DNA of 62,662 nt, counting the filler, from Choristocarpus tenellus KU-1152 (lineage: Eukaryota; Protista; Phaeophyceae): the NCBI GenBank assembly GCA_964200185.2. It is 9 parts of 9 records of this genome, joined end to end, with 100 filler letters (N's around TTAATTAATTAA, not from the genome) between each part and the next. Parts side by side here need not be neighbours in the genome. Positions count along the whole stretch, not along the records: positions 26,416 to 29,424 come from CAXNAD020022967.1; positions 29,525 to 37,066 come from CAXNAD020005985.1; positions 37,167 to 44,032 come from CAXNAD020007183.1; 6 more parts are not named here. One strand, given 5' to 3'. A model generated the notes under the pieces. It worked only from the letters and a program-made list of their open reading frames with translations, did no database searches and was not told where the DNA came from. Shown piece by piece: positions 27,692 through 38,613 of the stretch (position 1 is its first letter; every line of letters starts with the position of its first letter). The position numbers and the translations under genes were made by a program.

Positions 27692-27887
27692 GAACCAAAG
27701 TATCTGGGGGGGGGGGGGGGGGGGTGGGGGGGGTCTACACCGAGGTGTCCACTTGGACCAAAATAAGGAAACGTGCATTTACACTATCCATCCGACATAT
27801 GCAACCAAATCACCCAAAAATCATGACATGAAAAAATCGACCCCAAATGGACAGCCACCCCCCTCCCCCCATCAGATATTTTTAGCC
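27692..27887 (+). mobile_element. MITE family A copy
   Basis: CCAAAGTATCTG(G)n ... CAGATATTTTTAGCC; matches the 10877 copy. Confidence 0.85.
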
Positions 27888-28754
27888 TCTTTTCAAACAC
27901 ACCTGGCTCAATTAATTGCTGCCGTTGTCGTCGAGAACATTCAAAATGCTCTTGCTTCGAACCCTCAAGGTGATGTGTGTCCCTGAGACTACATCTACTA
28001 CTCACAAAGTGGGTTGCCGGCCTGATACAACGTCAGATTCCACTAAAAGAGGTAGACACGTAGGTTTGGATCCTTAACTCGTGGACGATTTACCCGCTAA
28101 GTCGTTGGTGTTTCTTCTTTACCAAGTGCACATATATTTTTTTATCATACTCAAATGGATATTTTGATGGGTTCACACACATATGGGGTGGTAAGGGCTT
28201 TATCCCTTTTTTGTCTAGTTTCGAATGGAAGAAGATCCCCATGCACCTCTTTTTTCATCTCCAAACTTGCTTTCATCATACCCGCAAAAAGCGCAACTGA
28301 TGTGAATACTCGGGATGGTCATTAATATGTTCGAATCCTTTATCCTAAGCAGGAAATCGTTTGGATCTCTCCACCCTCTCAATGTTTTGCCCCTTAAGCA
28401 AATAACATTTTGTTTTGAGCTCACTCGGTGGGAGGTCACTGTGTTCCTCGTAGGCGGGCACATGGTTTCTGCTCCATATTTTCCAAAAGATTCGAACTGG
28501 AAGAAAACTGGACCTCATCACTCCAGAACTCCGGATATAAGGGTTATTAACAACAATACTTGAAGGTGAGAAGTTGGGATTAAACGTTCAAATCAAAGGA
28601 TTAGACAGTATACAGATTCCACAGAATGGAAGTGGACAATCCTTTCCTAAGAAACACAGGATATTTATTAACCTTTTGCTTTCAGAGACGCAGGGTAATA
28701 ACTCGAGAAAATGATCCACCCACAAAGGTAATCATTGATCCAACTCCTTAAAAA

Positions 28755-28934
28755 GACCCAAACTATCTGGGGGACAGGGGGGGGGTCTACACCGGGGTGC
28801 ACATTTGGATCTAAAACAGGAAAAGTGCACTTTCATTATCCATCCGAATTATGGAACCAAATCACCCAAAAATCGGAATGTGAAAAAATTGACCCAAAAT
28901 GGACAGCCGCCACACCCCCCAGATGCTTTGAGGC
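28755..28934 (+). mobile_element. MITE family A copy
   Basis: GACCCAAACTATCTGGGG ... CCCCAGATGCTTTGAGGC. Confidence 0.85.
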
Positions 28935-29524
28935 AAACACCCTCTGGCTCTGTGCAGTTCCTCTTGAGACATCTATTGTGGCCTAGCGCAGTCCACAACC
29001 AATAATAGGGAACAATAGTTTTCCATTCGCGTTTACAATAGCTGAGGCATTGTAGATTGATCAATCAACACAATGACCCAAGCACTTTTTGGCACCAAAA
29101 TTCCTGGGATGTTATCTTTATCATAACCCTTTGGTGATTAAAGGTACAGTAAGATGTTTTCCATCATCAAGAACTTTGGGGTTCCAAGCCTGTTGAGGAC
29201 ATCTTTTCAAAGAACTCCAAATTGGTTCATTGAACATTCTTGGGATACCAAGATGATTCTTTTTCTTTTCTCCCCCAGAAATGTCCACCGTGATGTGCTG
29301 CCCAGTAACTTTTTTTTCTCGTGTGCAAACAGAGCTCGCACTGGGGGGGGGGGGGGGATGTGACGGACAGGTCCCCCTGGCACCTTATCTCAGTCCAAAT
29401 CCATAACCCCGCGCCCACATTCGTNNNNNNNNNNNNNNNNNNNNNNNNNNNNNNNNNNNNNNNNNNNNTTAATTAATTAANNNNNNNNNNNNNNNNNNNN
29501 NNNNNNNNNNNNNNNNNNNNNNNN

Positions 29525-30960
29525 GTATGCTGGATCTCTCACTTGAATTAACATCAATATCATCATATAAAAGGAACTGATCCACGATGTCTTATCACAA
29601 TCGGGGACCATACTGACCAAATAATACATAAATAGTCAAGGAGTACAAATATATCAAATCTAGAACTTCAATGTCATAATGGCGTTTATGAAACCGCCAT
29701 CAAGACATATCGCCTGTAACATGTGCTCCCCAACTTGGGCTGCAGTGTTCACCTGTTTGACCCCACCATTCTCCTCTCCATGGGAACCTTTCTGTCCCTC
29801 GCCCCTCGCCTGACTTTTCCTAGTATCCCTATCTCTGGCATTGAGGTTGTCAACTTTCTGCACTACCTTCATTGACCAAAAATCGTCACTTTGTCTGCCC
29901 TCCTATTCGTTTCTCCTTCACGGTCCAACTAGTTCCCGGCCTTGGTTGCAGCCTGCACTCAATATCCGCAGCAATAGCCCTCAGGTGGACCACCACCCTA
30001 TCGACTGACCCTTACCTGGTCAATGGGTTGTCCCGGATCTATCTCCGCCCTGCTGCTTCAGTGTACTTCCTACAGGTCTTCCCTTGCCCCCCTGCCACCC
30101 CACCATCTACCCTGCCCAACTGCCCTTCCGCCACCTCCACCTTAGTGTGCTCAGCTCATCTTGTGGCAAGGTACTCCACGTCCACCCTTGGAATTATTGT
30201 AACCCACACCCGCCTATGGTCAGCTTGGGTACCACCTCGTCATTCCCTCTCCCTCTCCCTCTCCCATGGTCTTCTACACAGTTGGCCTGATCCCTTCATT
30301 CACATTAGAAGAGCAACTGGAGTCAATCTCCTTGGCCACATGGATGGCCTAGGTTTCACTGGTGACAACCCCTCCCTCATCTCCATTGTGCAGCACCATG
30401 TATAATGTCACTTGGACATGGAGACCATGGGGCACATAGATTGATTTTTGGGGCTTCAACCATTGTGTCACTTGGCTCTTATCATGCTGTTCTGCTCCAA
30501 CAGCAACATGCCCCTGACCCCATAGGCCTCTACTTTGAGCAGTTTCATCATTACCTTAAGCTTCTACTCTAAGTACCTTCACTACTAGCCTAAGCTTCTA
30601 CTCAGAGCATCTTCCCCATCGCCTTCAACCAATGCTCTGAGCACTATTTCTGTTCTCCTACATTTCTACCTACCGTTCTCTCTCCATCCGCCCCTATCTT
30701 GGCCTATCTCCCACCACCATCCTACTCGCCAGGTTCATGCCCTTTACATTCTGTCCACACCACGTTGCGCCTCAGCATACCCTGCGCTCCATTCAGGGTC
30801 CCCCACAGTTGGCCCTGTCTGATACTGCCCTCGTTCATTCACCATTGCTACCCCCCACCTCTATACTGCTCCCCATTGAGCATGACCTCCTGACTCCTTC
30901 CACAGTCCACTACCACTGAATTTGCTCTCTCATTGGTAAGTATCCTCTATCTTGCCATCG
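29525..30960 (-). mobile_element. 3' LTR (partial, 29525-29721) plus decayed internal region of the LTR family that left the solo LTR at 26646
   Basis: About 195-bp inverted match to 26646-26835, preceded on minus by a PPT-like GGGGAG. The internal boundary is approximate. Confidence 0.65.
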
Positions 30961-32555
30961 TGTCTTGTCTTTGGTTCCACTTCTCCCTTACATAATTGTT
31001 CCACTGCCTGGTATGATGCCAGCAAGATTGCCACCCTCATCCTCAAAAAGTTGTACCTTAGTACGACATGTCCACAACTGCCCTGCGTGTGGAATGAACA
31101 CTAGGTTACGCTCTCCAGAACCCACACGTTTCTCGAGCAGGATGTCAAGTGGTGCAGGAATGTCACTGGCAATTCAGGACCTTGCTTACCAGATGGGGCA
31201 TAAAATTTCTTCTGTACACACCCCTAGCCTCTGATGTGATGCACTTTGAGATATAAGACCCTGGCGGTGGCACTGAATGGAAACACAGAGATGGAGGCTC
31301 TCATCGAGAAGCACTCTCCTCTAGACTCCAACTTTCGCAAGGATGAGCAATTTGAGTTGGGCATGATACTTGTCACACCCGCTGCAGTACATGTGGCAGA
31401 GAATAAAACATATACTACCCCATTCCTTTCCACCCAATATGGGCAAAAGGGGGGACTGAAATTTTGCCACTGTAAAGGTAGGAACTATATATCTGTTATC
31501 TCATTATATGTGGAGGTGGCGACAAAAGGTGTCGGCAGTCATGGACAAGGTTTCATACCTCGGGAGAGACATCTTCCAGGGCTCACATTTATACTCAAAA
31601 CACTTTAGTCCACATAGGGCAAGCAATGGATTAAAACCTTTAGTATCTTGTACTGCTGGATACCCAATTGGCATGTTACACCCACCAGTTTTCATGACTC
31701 CCTGAGGAAAACTGGGTTCAGAAGACTAGAAGATATACACGAAATCTTAACAGACATTCGTAAATATTAACCAGATTAGAATTCTGAATGGTGTGTGGCT
31801 TTCGGAGGATATATCGAACTTCAGCTAACTTCAAACGGGTAAATGTAGAGAGGGCTTAAACATGTGTGGCAAGCGTTGTTGTCACCTTTCTCCTTCGAGG
31901 AGGAGGGTAGTCACATGATGCGATGAAGATACCATGTCACAGAGATGGCATCTGTTATCAGTTCGTGTCTCTCTGCTCCTTTTCAATCCCAACTACGGGG
32001 TGGATGTTCATAGTAATTTCGACCCCCTACGTCCGCCACGCGTCATGAGCCAACTCTGGGAGATTCATAGCCGTAGCGAGGCTCAATCGCATAGGGAACA
32101 TAGTCACCTTTCTCATTCGAACACATGGACGGTCGCATAATAGGAAATTATACCTTCCTCCCCATCGTGTTGTTGTGTCGCGTTCCTCCTCTTCGAATCA
32201 GGACTGTAAATGCAAACTTATACGGGAGGGTCAGTTTCCATCATGATTCGGTTTCCATCATGATTCCACGCCCTGACATCCTCTACGCGTCATGAGTCAA
32301 GCCTGAGAGAGTCACAACCATAATGAGGTTAAAATATCAAGGAACTAGAGAGTCAATGGAGTGGAGAGAGTAACCTTGGATTTTGGATTTTGGATGTTGG
32401 ATTTTGTAATTTGTAATTTGTAATTTGGTTTGGTGAAGTTAATAAAGAGCAACTGTTGGTAAGGTGTGTGTGTACAATGCTTTTTTTATTAAATATCACT
32501 ACTCCTATACATACTCATCACAGTTGCTCATTCTTTAGTTTGGACAGGCTAGAAC

Positions 32556-34954
32556 ATGAGTGGGTTTACTGGATTGAAAGGAGGCAAGCAAAGTAAAGAC
32601 GGTGGAAAAGGTCGGTCAAAGTCAGCTGGGTCCAATTCCAATGAGGTTGGGCAAGGAGTCACTGGAGCTACAGGGAAAGGAGGAGGCAAAGGGAAGGGAA
32701 AAGGAAAAGGAGGCAAACCGATGGTCGAGCCAGTGGAGCTATCTGCCAAGGAAGCAAAGAAGAAGCGTAGAGCAGAGCGGGAGGCGGCGGAGGAAGCTCG
32801 CAAGGAAGAGGTTGATCGTATGATGAAGGTATCGCTTATATCAAGGTGCATGACCTTACACCAATATCAACACTAGTGGTTTGTCATATTGTGAAATGCA
32901 ATTTTTCATTGGTGATCATAGAGAAGGGATGGAGATCACCCAGAGAAAGCATAGCGATTGGTGGGAGTGAAGTATTGCCAACATCTGAACGAAATGGGCT
33001 TAAATCCCTCGCAAGATAGACACCTCCATAGAAGCGATAGATGCATAGTGATTGCCTCTGTGGCCAACTTTGCAAATCCTTAGAAGGACATGGAAGCATG
33101 GTTAGATCAGCTGCCAAAGACAAGGCCCAGAATGCACCTAATCTTTCGTTCCCCATTAAAGCATGTCAGAGACCGTGTGTAAAACTTAAAAACATTTTCG
33201 CTCCACTCCCAGCAACATTAAATATTGTTTCAGTGAATGCTACTAATCCAGCAAAAGCGATATTTTGAGGTTAGTTCTCTTATGCATGAACCTTCTCCCA
33301 ACGCCAAGTGATATTACCAGCCACTAAACCCTGCTAAAATACCATGTACACCCTACCCCTGCACTTCTATCCATTCACCCCAACTAAAAACGCCACGAAC
33401 TGACTGAAAGGTCTATGACTCCGACAGTGGCGGCGGCCAACCATCTGAATCTGACCGTGAAGGTGAATGGGAGGAAGAGATCAAATACGACAAGTTTGGG
33501 AATGTGATTGACAAGCAGACTGTAGCAAGAGCAGCGCTACAGGACTCTCGAGAGAGGGCAAGGCTAGCACGCGAGGAGGTTGGTGCACGTGGTGTATTCG
33601 TTCATACGTACAGTGCCTGTGTAGAGGGGGGAGTTGATAGAGGTATTAGTTGTGTTATACCGTGTATTTAAGTACAGTCTATGTAACAGGGCAGTGGTGG
33701 TGGAAGCAAAGTATCTCTCAAGAGTTACCGATTTGAGGCACCAAATGAACAAGACACCCAGATACCTCTACCCCCGAGTTCATTGCACTTTGACCTTTGG
33801 CTATCATGTCCACAAGAACCCAGTGATTTTATCCAAACGACAACAAAGCAACCAGTTTGATGTTTCATTCCAACCAATTGAAAGCTTGCAGCATTGCAAC
33901 ATTGAGACTCGTTTCAAATACATTTTGTCACAGCTGTGGGAGAACAACAGTCCTAGTGTTGAAACCATTAGCTATAGCAACACAAGAGATCCCAACCAAT
34001 CCCGACCCTGCTTGAACACATGGTTCATATTTCATAAACCACTATACAAACCTGAGCAGTGCATTTAAGAACAACGGGTCCATTCCCAAGTATGAGTGTC
34101 AGCATACAACTTGCTACCTTGAAACCCCCACATCATTTTTCCCTCCACCACACCTTTTATCAGTTCCAGTTTGCCTGCACCCCACCCACCATAGCTCTCC
34201 CCCCCTCCCCTCCTGCACCTCCTGGGGTTGCCTTCCCCTTGTGACTACCCTTACGTCCATCTGGTTGTATGATATCACCTGGGTGACATGGGTATAACTC
34301 TGTTGGTGGTGAAGAGGGTAGCTCAACAAACAGGAAGTGCCAGCAGCAGCAAGGGTGAAAGGGTGGAAGGTAAGAAGGAACTGAGAGTTGTTTGTACAAG
34401 GCCAGCACTAAGAAGAAGGGGTTTCCCATTCTTGTATTTTTCTGATGTTTTGTGTTTGCTGTTTTTGCTGGTTGCTCTGCTTGCGCTTTGTGTTGAACTA
34501 CTCTTAGTTTTAAATGAGCAGGTACATAGGAGTGTGTGGGAGCAATTTGCAGGATTTTCTTTGTTGTTGAAGGAGATCGCTGCAATTCCACACACATTTT
34601 GGGCCGATAAAAATGGCCCCCTTTTCTTCCAATGTCCTTTGTTATATATCTTTTTTTAGGAATATGCCAAGAGGCTGTCGACTCGCAACCCTTGGCTGGC
34701 AATATTTCGAAATAGATCATGATGCATATTCTTCCCTACTCTCAAAACAAACACATCTTTGGCTCTGTTCCTCCGGTTATTTTCGATCTCCCCTTTCCCC
34801 CTTCACCCTACCCTCCTCTCCCATCCCTGTTTGTTCGTGCAGGAGCTGATGGAGCTCCAGATTATGCAGCTCGTGCAGAGGCGGAGATGAAGGCAGTTGC
34901 GGCCAAGGCAAGGGAGGGAGGACGCCTGACTAACAAGGAGAAGAAGCTCTTCAA
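32556..34954 (+). CDS. 5' four exons of a Gly/Lys/Glu-rich protein; possibly an ABCF-type N-terminal extension (unconfirmed)
   Basis: Phase-consistent GT-AG exons 32556-32828 (ATG; MSGFTGLKGGK..EEVDRMMK), 33411-33578 (VYDSDSGG..RLAREE), 34315-34369 and 34843-34954 (..GGRLTNKEKKLFK). No catalytic domain in the window. Confidence 0.75.
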
Positions 34955-36511
34955 GTGAGATATATATATATATATATTCAATGAAATGGATTAGCTCCTC
35001 AGAAATGGGCCCGAACCACTCTCACCATGTGTGTTTGTATGTAAGGTGGGGTGGAGGTGTGTGAGGTGTGAGAACTGAATGTGTGTTGATGGGTATGTGT
35101 GGTCCTTGTTTGGCATGCCATGGGGAGAGGGAGGGTGAATGACAGTGTCGTGTGGTATGAGAAGTCAGAGTCCATTGAGCTCAGTGGTGTTTCTTCCTGT
35201 TGTGTTTCTTCCTGTTGTGTTTCCATGCGTCTTGTATACCCCTATTCACGGTCTCAGCAGTGACAACTTGGTCCTTTGTACATCATATATATAATACACA
35301 CTGATTTTTTTTTTTTTTTACACATGAGATACTGGATGGCGAGCAGATCATTGTGGGAGAGTTAGGATTGGGTAGGGTTGATTAGAGCCATCACAGCAAG
35401 ACAGAACCAATGGTCTTAGGATGTTATTACTCGTGTGATTTAGATGCAAGAAAGTCACCTTAAGGTGGAGACAAATTATGATGGTACTGTACGTTTAAAC
35501 GCCTCTCAATATCTGAACCCCCCCCCCCCGTTGTTTTTTGTACTTTTTGTGATCTATTGAAGCCAAGTGCATGTTAGCATGTGCACGGAAACTCCCTGCT
35601 CCTTTTGAGCATCTGGATGTAATTTCTTGTAATTAAGAACGAAACCAAGCTCGCCGTAAATGATTGAGATAGTGTCTAAGAAGGGTGATTTCAGATACCT
35701 TACGTTTTAGGAACGGTCTGTGTGGGAGACGCACGCTTGATCCTTGCGTGCACTCGAGACTGAGGGCTAACCCTAACCCTTAGTGAAAAAGGCACGGGAG
35801 TTGGTTAGAGACGGCCTGCCTGAGGTAATGATCAAACAATTTGAGTGAACTAAAAGGAGTCATTTGACATGTGTATGTGGGCACAGACGCATGCTTGAGG
35901 ATGAGAGCCGGTGCATGCAATGAATGCATGGGTGACAGACATACATGTGGAGAGACATCCTCTTTTTTATTCCACCTGTTCCTGTAAGCGTTTGATGTAA
36001 CAGGTGCATGGGTCCTGGAGTTTATTACCTCGGAATCCTGGCAAGGGTCACTTTTTCTAGAAATGGTGATACTGAGGGTAGTGTCCTCCAAGTCATGCCA
36101 AGATTAGCAAGAAATAAAAGTAGATTGGGGGGAAATTCATGCGATTGGTTCACCGTTACACACAAGCCATTTCATTGGTGCGTGAGTTTCATGTTTTTTT
36201 TTTGCATTGTACCTTACCCCTTATTCTTAGCATAACTCCTTTTATTGTTCGCCCCCAAGCTTCCCGGGGCCCAGCATGGAACACATTTTGTTTCCCACTG
36301 GTTGTACTGCTGTGTGTGTGTTTATGAAGGCAAGCTCTTGCTCCACTTTTTTGAACATTTTCTTTTTTGCATTTGTACCGGTTAGGGTTAGGGTTAGGGT
36401 TAGTACGGTGTACTTCAAAACATACTACAGACGCGTCCAATTGGAACACCATCTTGGTGATAATTTTGAATAGAGTGTGGTGTTTGTTCTCTGCGGTGAA
36501 CGTGTGTTGGT

Positions 36512-36620
36512 GCTGGTGTTATGGTCCAGTCTGGTGTTATGGTCCAGTCTGGTGTTATGGTCCAGTCTGGTGTTATGGTCCAGTCTGGTGTTATGGTCCA
36601 GTCTGGTGTTATGGTCCAGT
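36512..36620. repeat. Minisatellite (CTGGTGTTATGGTCCAGT)x6
   Basis: Six perfect 18-bp units. Confidence 0.95.
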
Positions 36621-36994
36621 CCGCTGTTTGGCACACTGTACACCGCTTCAAGGTGTTGATAGCATTAATTTAGGGCTACATAGAATTTCTACTGTTGTAC
36701 AACACTGTCGATAGGTACTGGTGTCTGAAGCTATGCAGTTAGTGAAGGGCTGGTACAGAATTGTTCTAGGAGTGATGTATTGGAATGGGCCATGGTGTAC
36801 TTTGAGTACACTATTGCTATTGGACCAAACTAAGTGTACAGTAAGGACAATGCTTTCACGGTCGTTCAAGCCTCTTCCCCCTCTTGCCTTGCCCATTAGT
36901 GTCTCCTTTTTCTACAGCAAGTCTAATCATTTCCAACAATAAACATTTTCAAGTGAATAGTACTCCTACATTCTATCCCCCCTCCCCCCCCCCC

Positions 36995-37026
<32 letters not shown>

Positions 37027-37411
37027 ACCCCCTCCAGTAGGGAAAGCGGGTAGAGCTCGGGGGGCGNNNNNNNNNNNNNNNNNNNNNNNNNNNNNNNNNN
37101 NNNNNNNNNNTTAATTAATTAANNNNNNNNNNNNNNNNNNNNNNNNNNNNNNNNNNNNNNNNNNNNGGGGGGGGCGGTGAATGTGGAAATATTCTGACAT
37201 GAAATCAACAGGTTTAGATCAAAAGTATTTGCAGATTTCAACTACTTTGTTTTAAACCTCTGCCAATGCTGTAAGCTGAGATTCAAGGGCAATCATTCAG
37301 TTCAACCGGATCATGTTCTGCAATAGTATATCAGGCACCCCCAGCACCATCCCAGGACACTGAACTTAACCAACAACATGTGCATTGTGGTTGTGTTGAG
37401 GAACCACTGAC

Positions 37412-38613
37412 CTCTTAGTCAAAGCAATAGCTGCTGGGAAAAATATCACCAGATCCAGAATTAGCACCGTGAGGCGCATAAAGGCCTGAAGGCAATATGG
37501 GAGACGTGAAAACAACATGAATAGCAATGGAGATCGGAGTCCAAAAAAGGGTTACATTACGGCAAGGTGTTGAGCTGTTTGACACCCCAACAAGGCACAT
37601 ATGAGCAATTGGCAGTTGGTTCGCGATGAAGAGGCGGAGCAGGAGTTGAGGGTATGACCTTGACGTCAATAAACATACAGAAAAATGAGCGCAGACCAGA
37701 AAGATATTACAGAAAATTAGCCTTGAGAACGGCCCATCGTGAAATCGAAGTGGAAGAAAGGAAAGTCTCAATTGAAGAGAGATACGAATGGGCAACAATT
37801 GACAAAGAAAGAACATCATAGAGCAGTGCAATACTTCACTACTTAACATGGAGCATAGCTCGTTGGTTGGCACGGAAGGTAAAGTGTATAAACTGGAAGG
37901 GAGCAAATTCCGCGGTTGTCATGGCCATTAAAGGAGGAGAGGTCAGACACAGGAGTTGGGTCCATGCCCTTGCGCCAGACCTTGTGAGTGGGGGTCTCGT
38001 ACCCACGAGACACATCGAGTGCCATAGATGCAGGTTCTAAGATCCGGGACAACATCCCACAAACCCAGGAAATGTAGGCAGTGAGTGGAGGGTAGTCCAG
38101 ACCCCAATATGGCAGATCGTATCTGGTTGCAAGACGAGGGGAGCAGTGATCGGGGTAAGTGAGAAATGAAAGGATATGCCTTTCTCATTGAACAAACGCT
38201 TAAAGTATGGATGGTTCCAATAACATATGAAAGCACAAGAGGGGTAGAGGAACGTCAGCAAGGTCTAAGTATTGAGCCCTTTCCAGTCATCGTGCCAGGG
38301 GTCCCCTCGATTGCCCACCAATAGAGCATCCAACGGCCCGAACTTTCTCGAAGTGCAGGTAAGCAGAGTAAATTGTCTTAAGTAGCACGGTTCCAAGACC
38401 CCCTCACCTATACCAATCTTCTATGGGTAGGTTGACAGTCATTTCCATCCAATGCCGCTGGGCTTCGTAGTCCCCATACATAGGCGGTGTGTCAGCTCCA
38501 GAGTAGGGCCATAGTGACACCAAATGCCTGAGTAAGAGCGACAAAGAGAACACCATCCATATAGGGATGCATGCCGTACGTGGAGATTTGTCGGGGGAAG
38601 CCTTTTGCGTCAT
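37412..38613 (-). CDS. ALG6: Dolichyl pyrophosphate Man9GlcNAc2 alpha-1,3-glucosyltransferase, first three exons
   Basis: Exons 38613-38408 (..PYSGADTPPMYGDYEAQRHWMEMTVNLPIEDWYR), 38122-37981 (YDLPYWGLDYPPLTAYISW..SRGYETPTHK) and 37485-37412 (AFMRLTVLILDLVIFFPA). All GT-AG and in phase, with ALG6 signature motifs. Confidence 0.96.

Larger units (their letters stand above)
26437..29424 (+). mobile_element. 3' part of a decayed chromodomain-containing Ty3/Gypsy retrotransposon
   Basis: Manual translation gives a GPY/F module YEVGAKVRL..PKLLSLWRGP (26500-26582), ITVH|IGRLKP split by a solo LTR, and a chromodomain FVEGIADH..YSYRLRFRSFAPASDVWRKAKEIPQCAEMIEAY (27383-27540). A poly-G PPT is followed by LTR start TGTGAC at 29359. 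Confidence 0.8.

Noticed and set aside
35760-35790. Hammerhead ribozyme (CTGAGG..stem..GAAA)
   Set aside because: The core lacks the conserved A9 and no stem III or NUH cleavage site could be paired.
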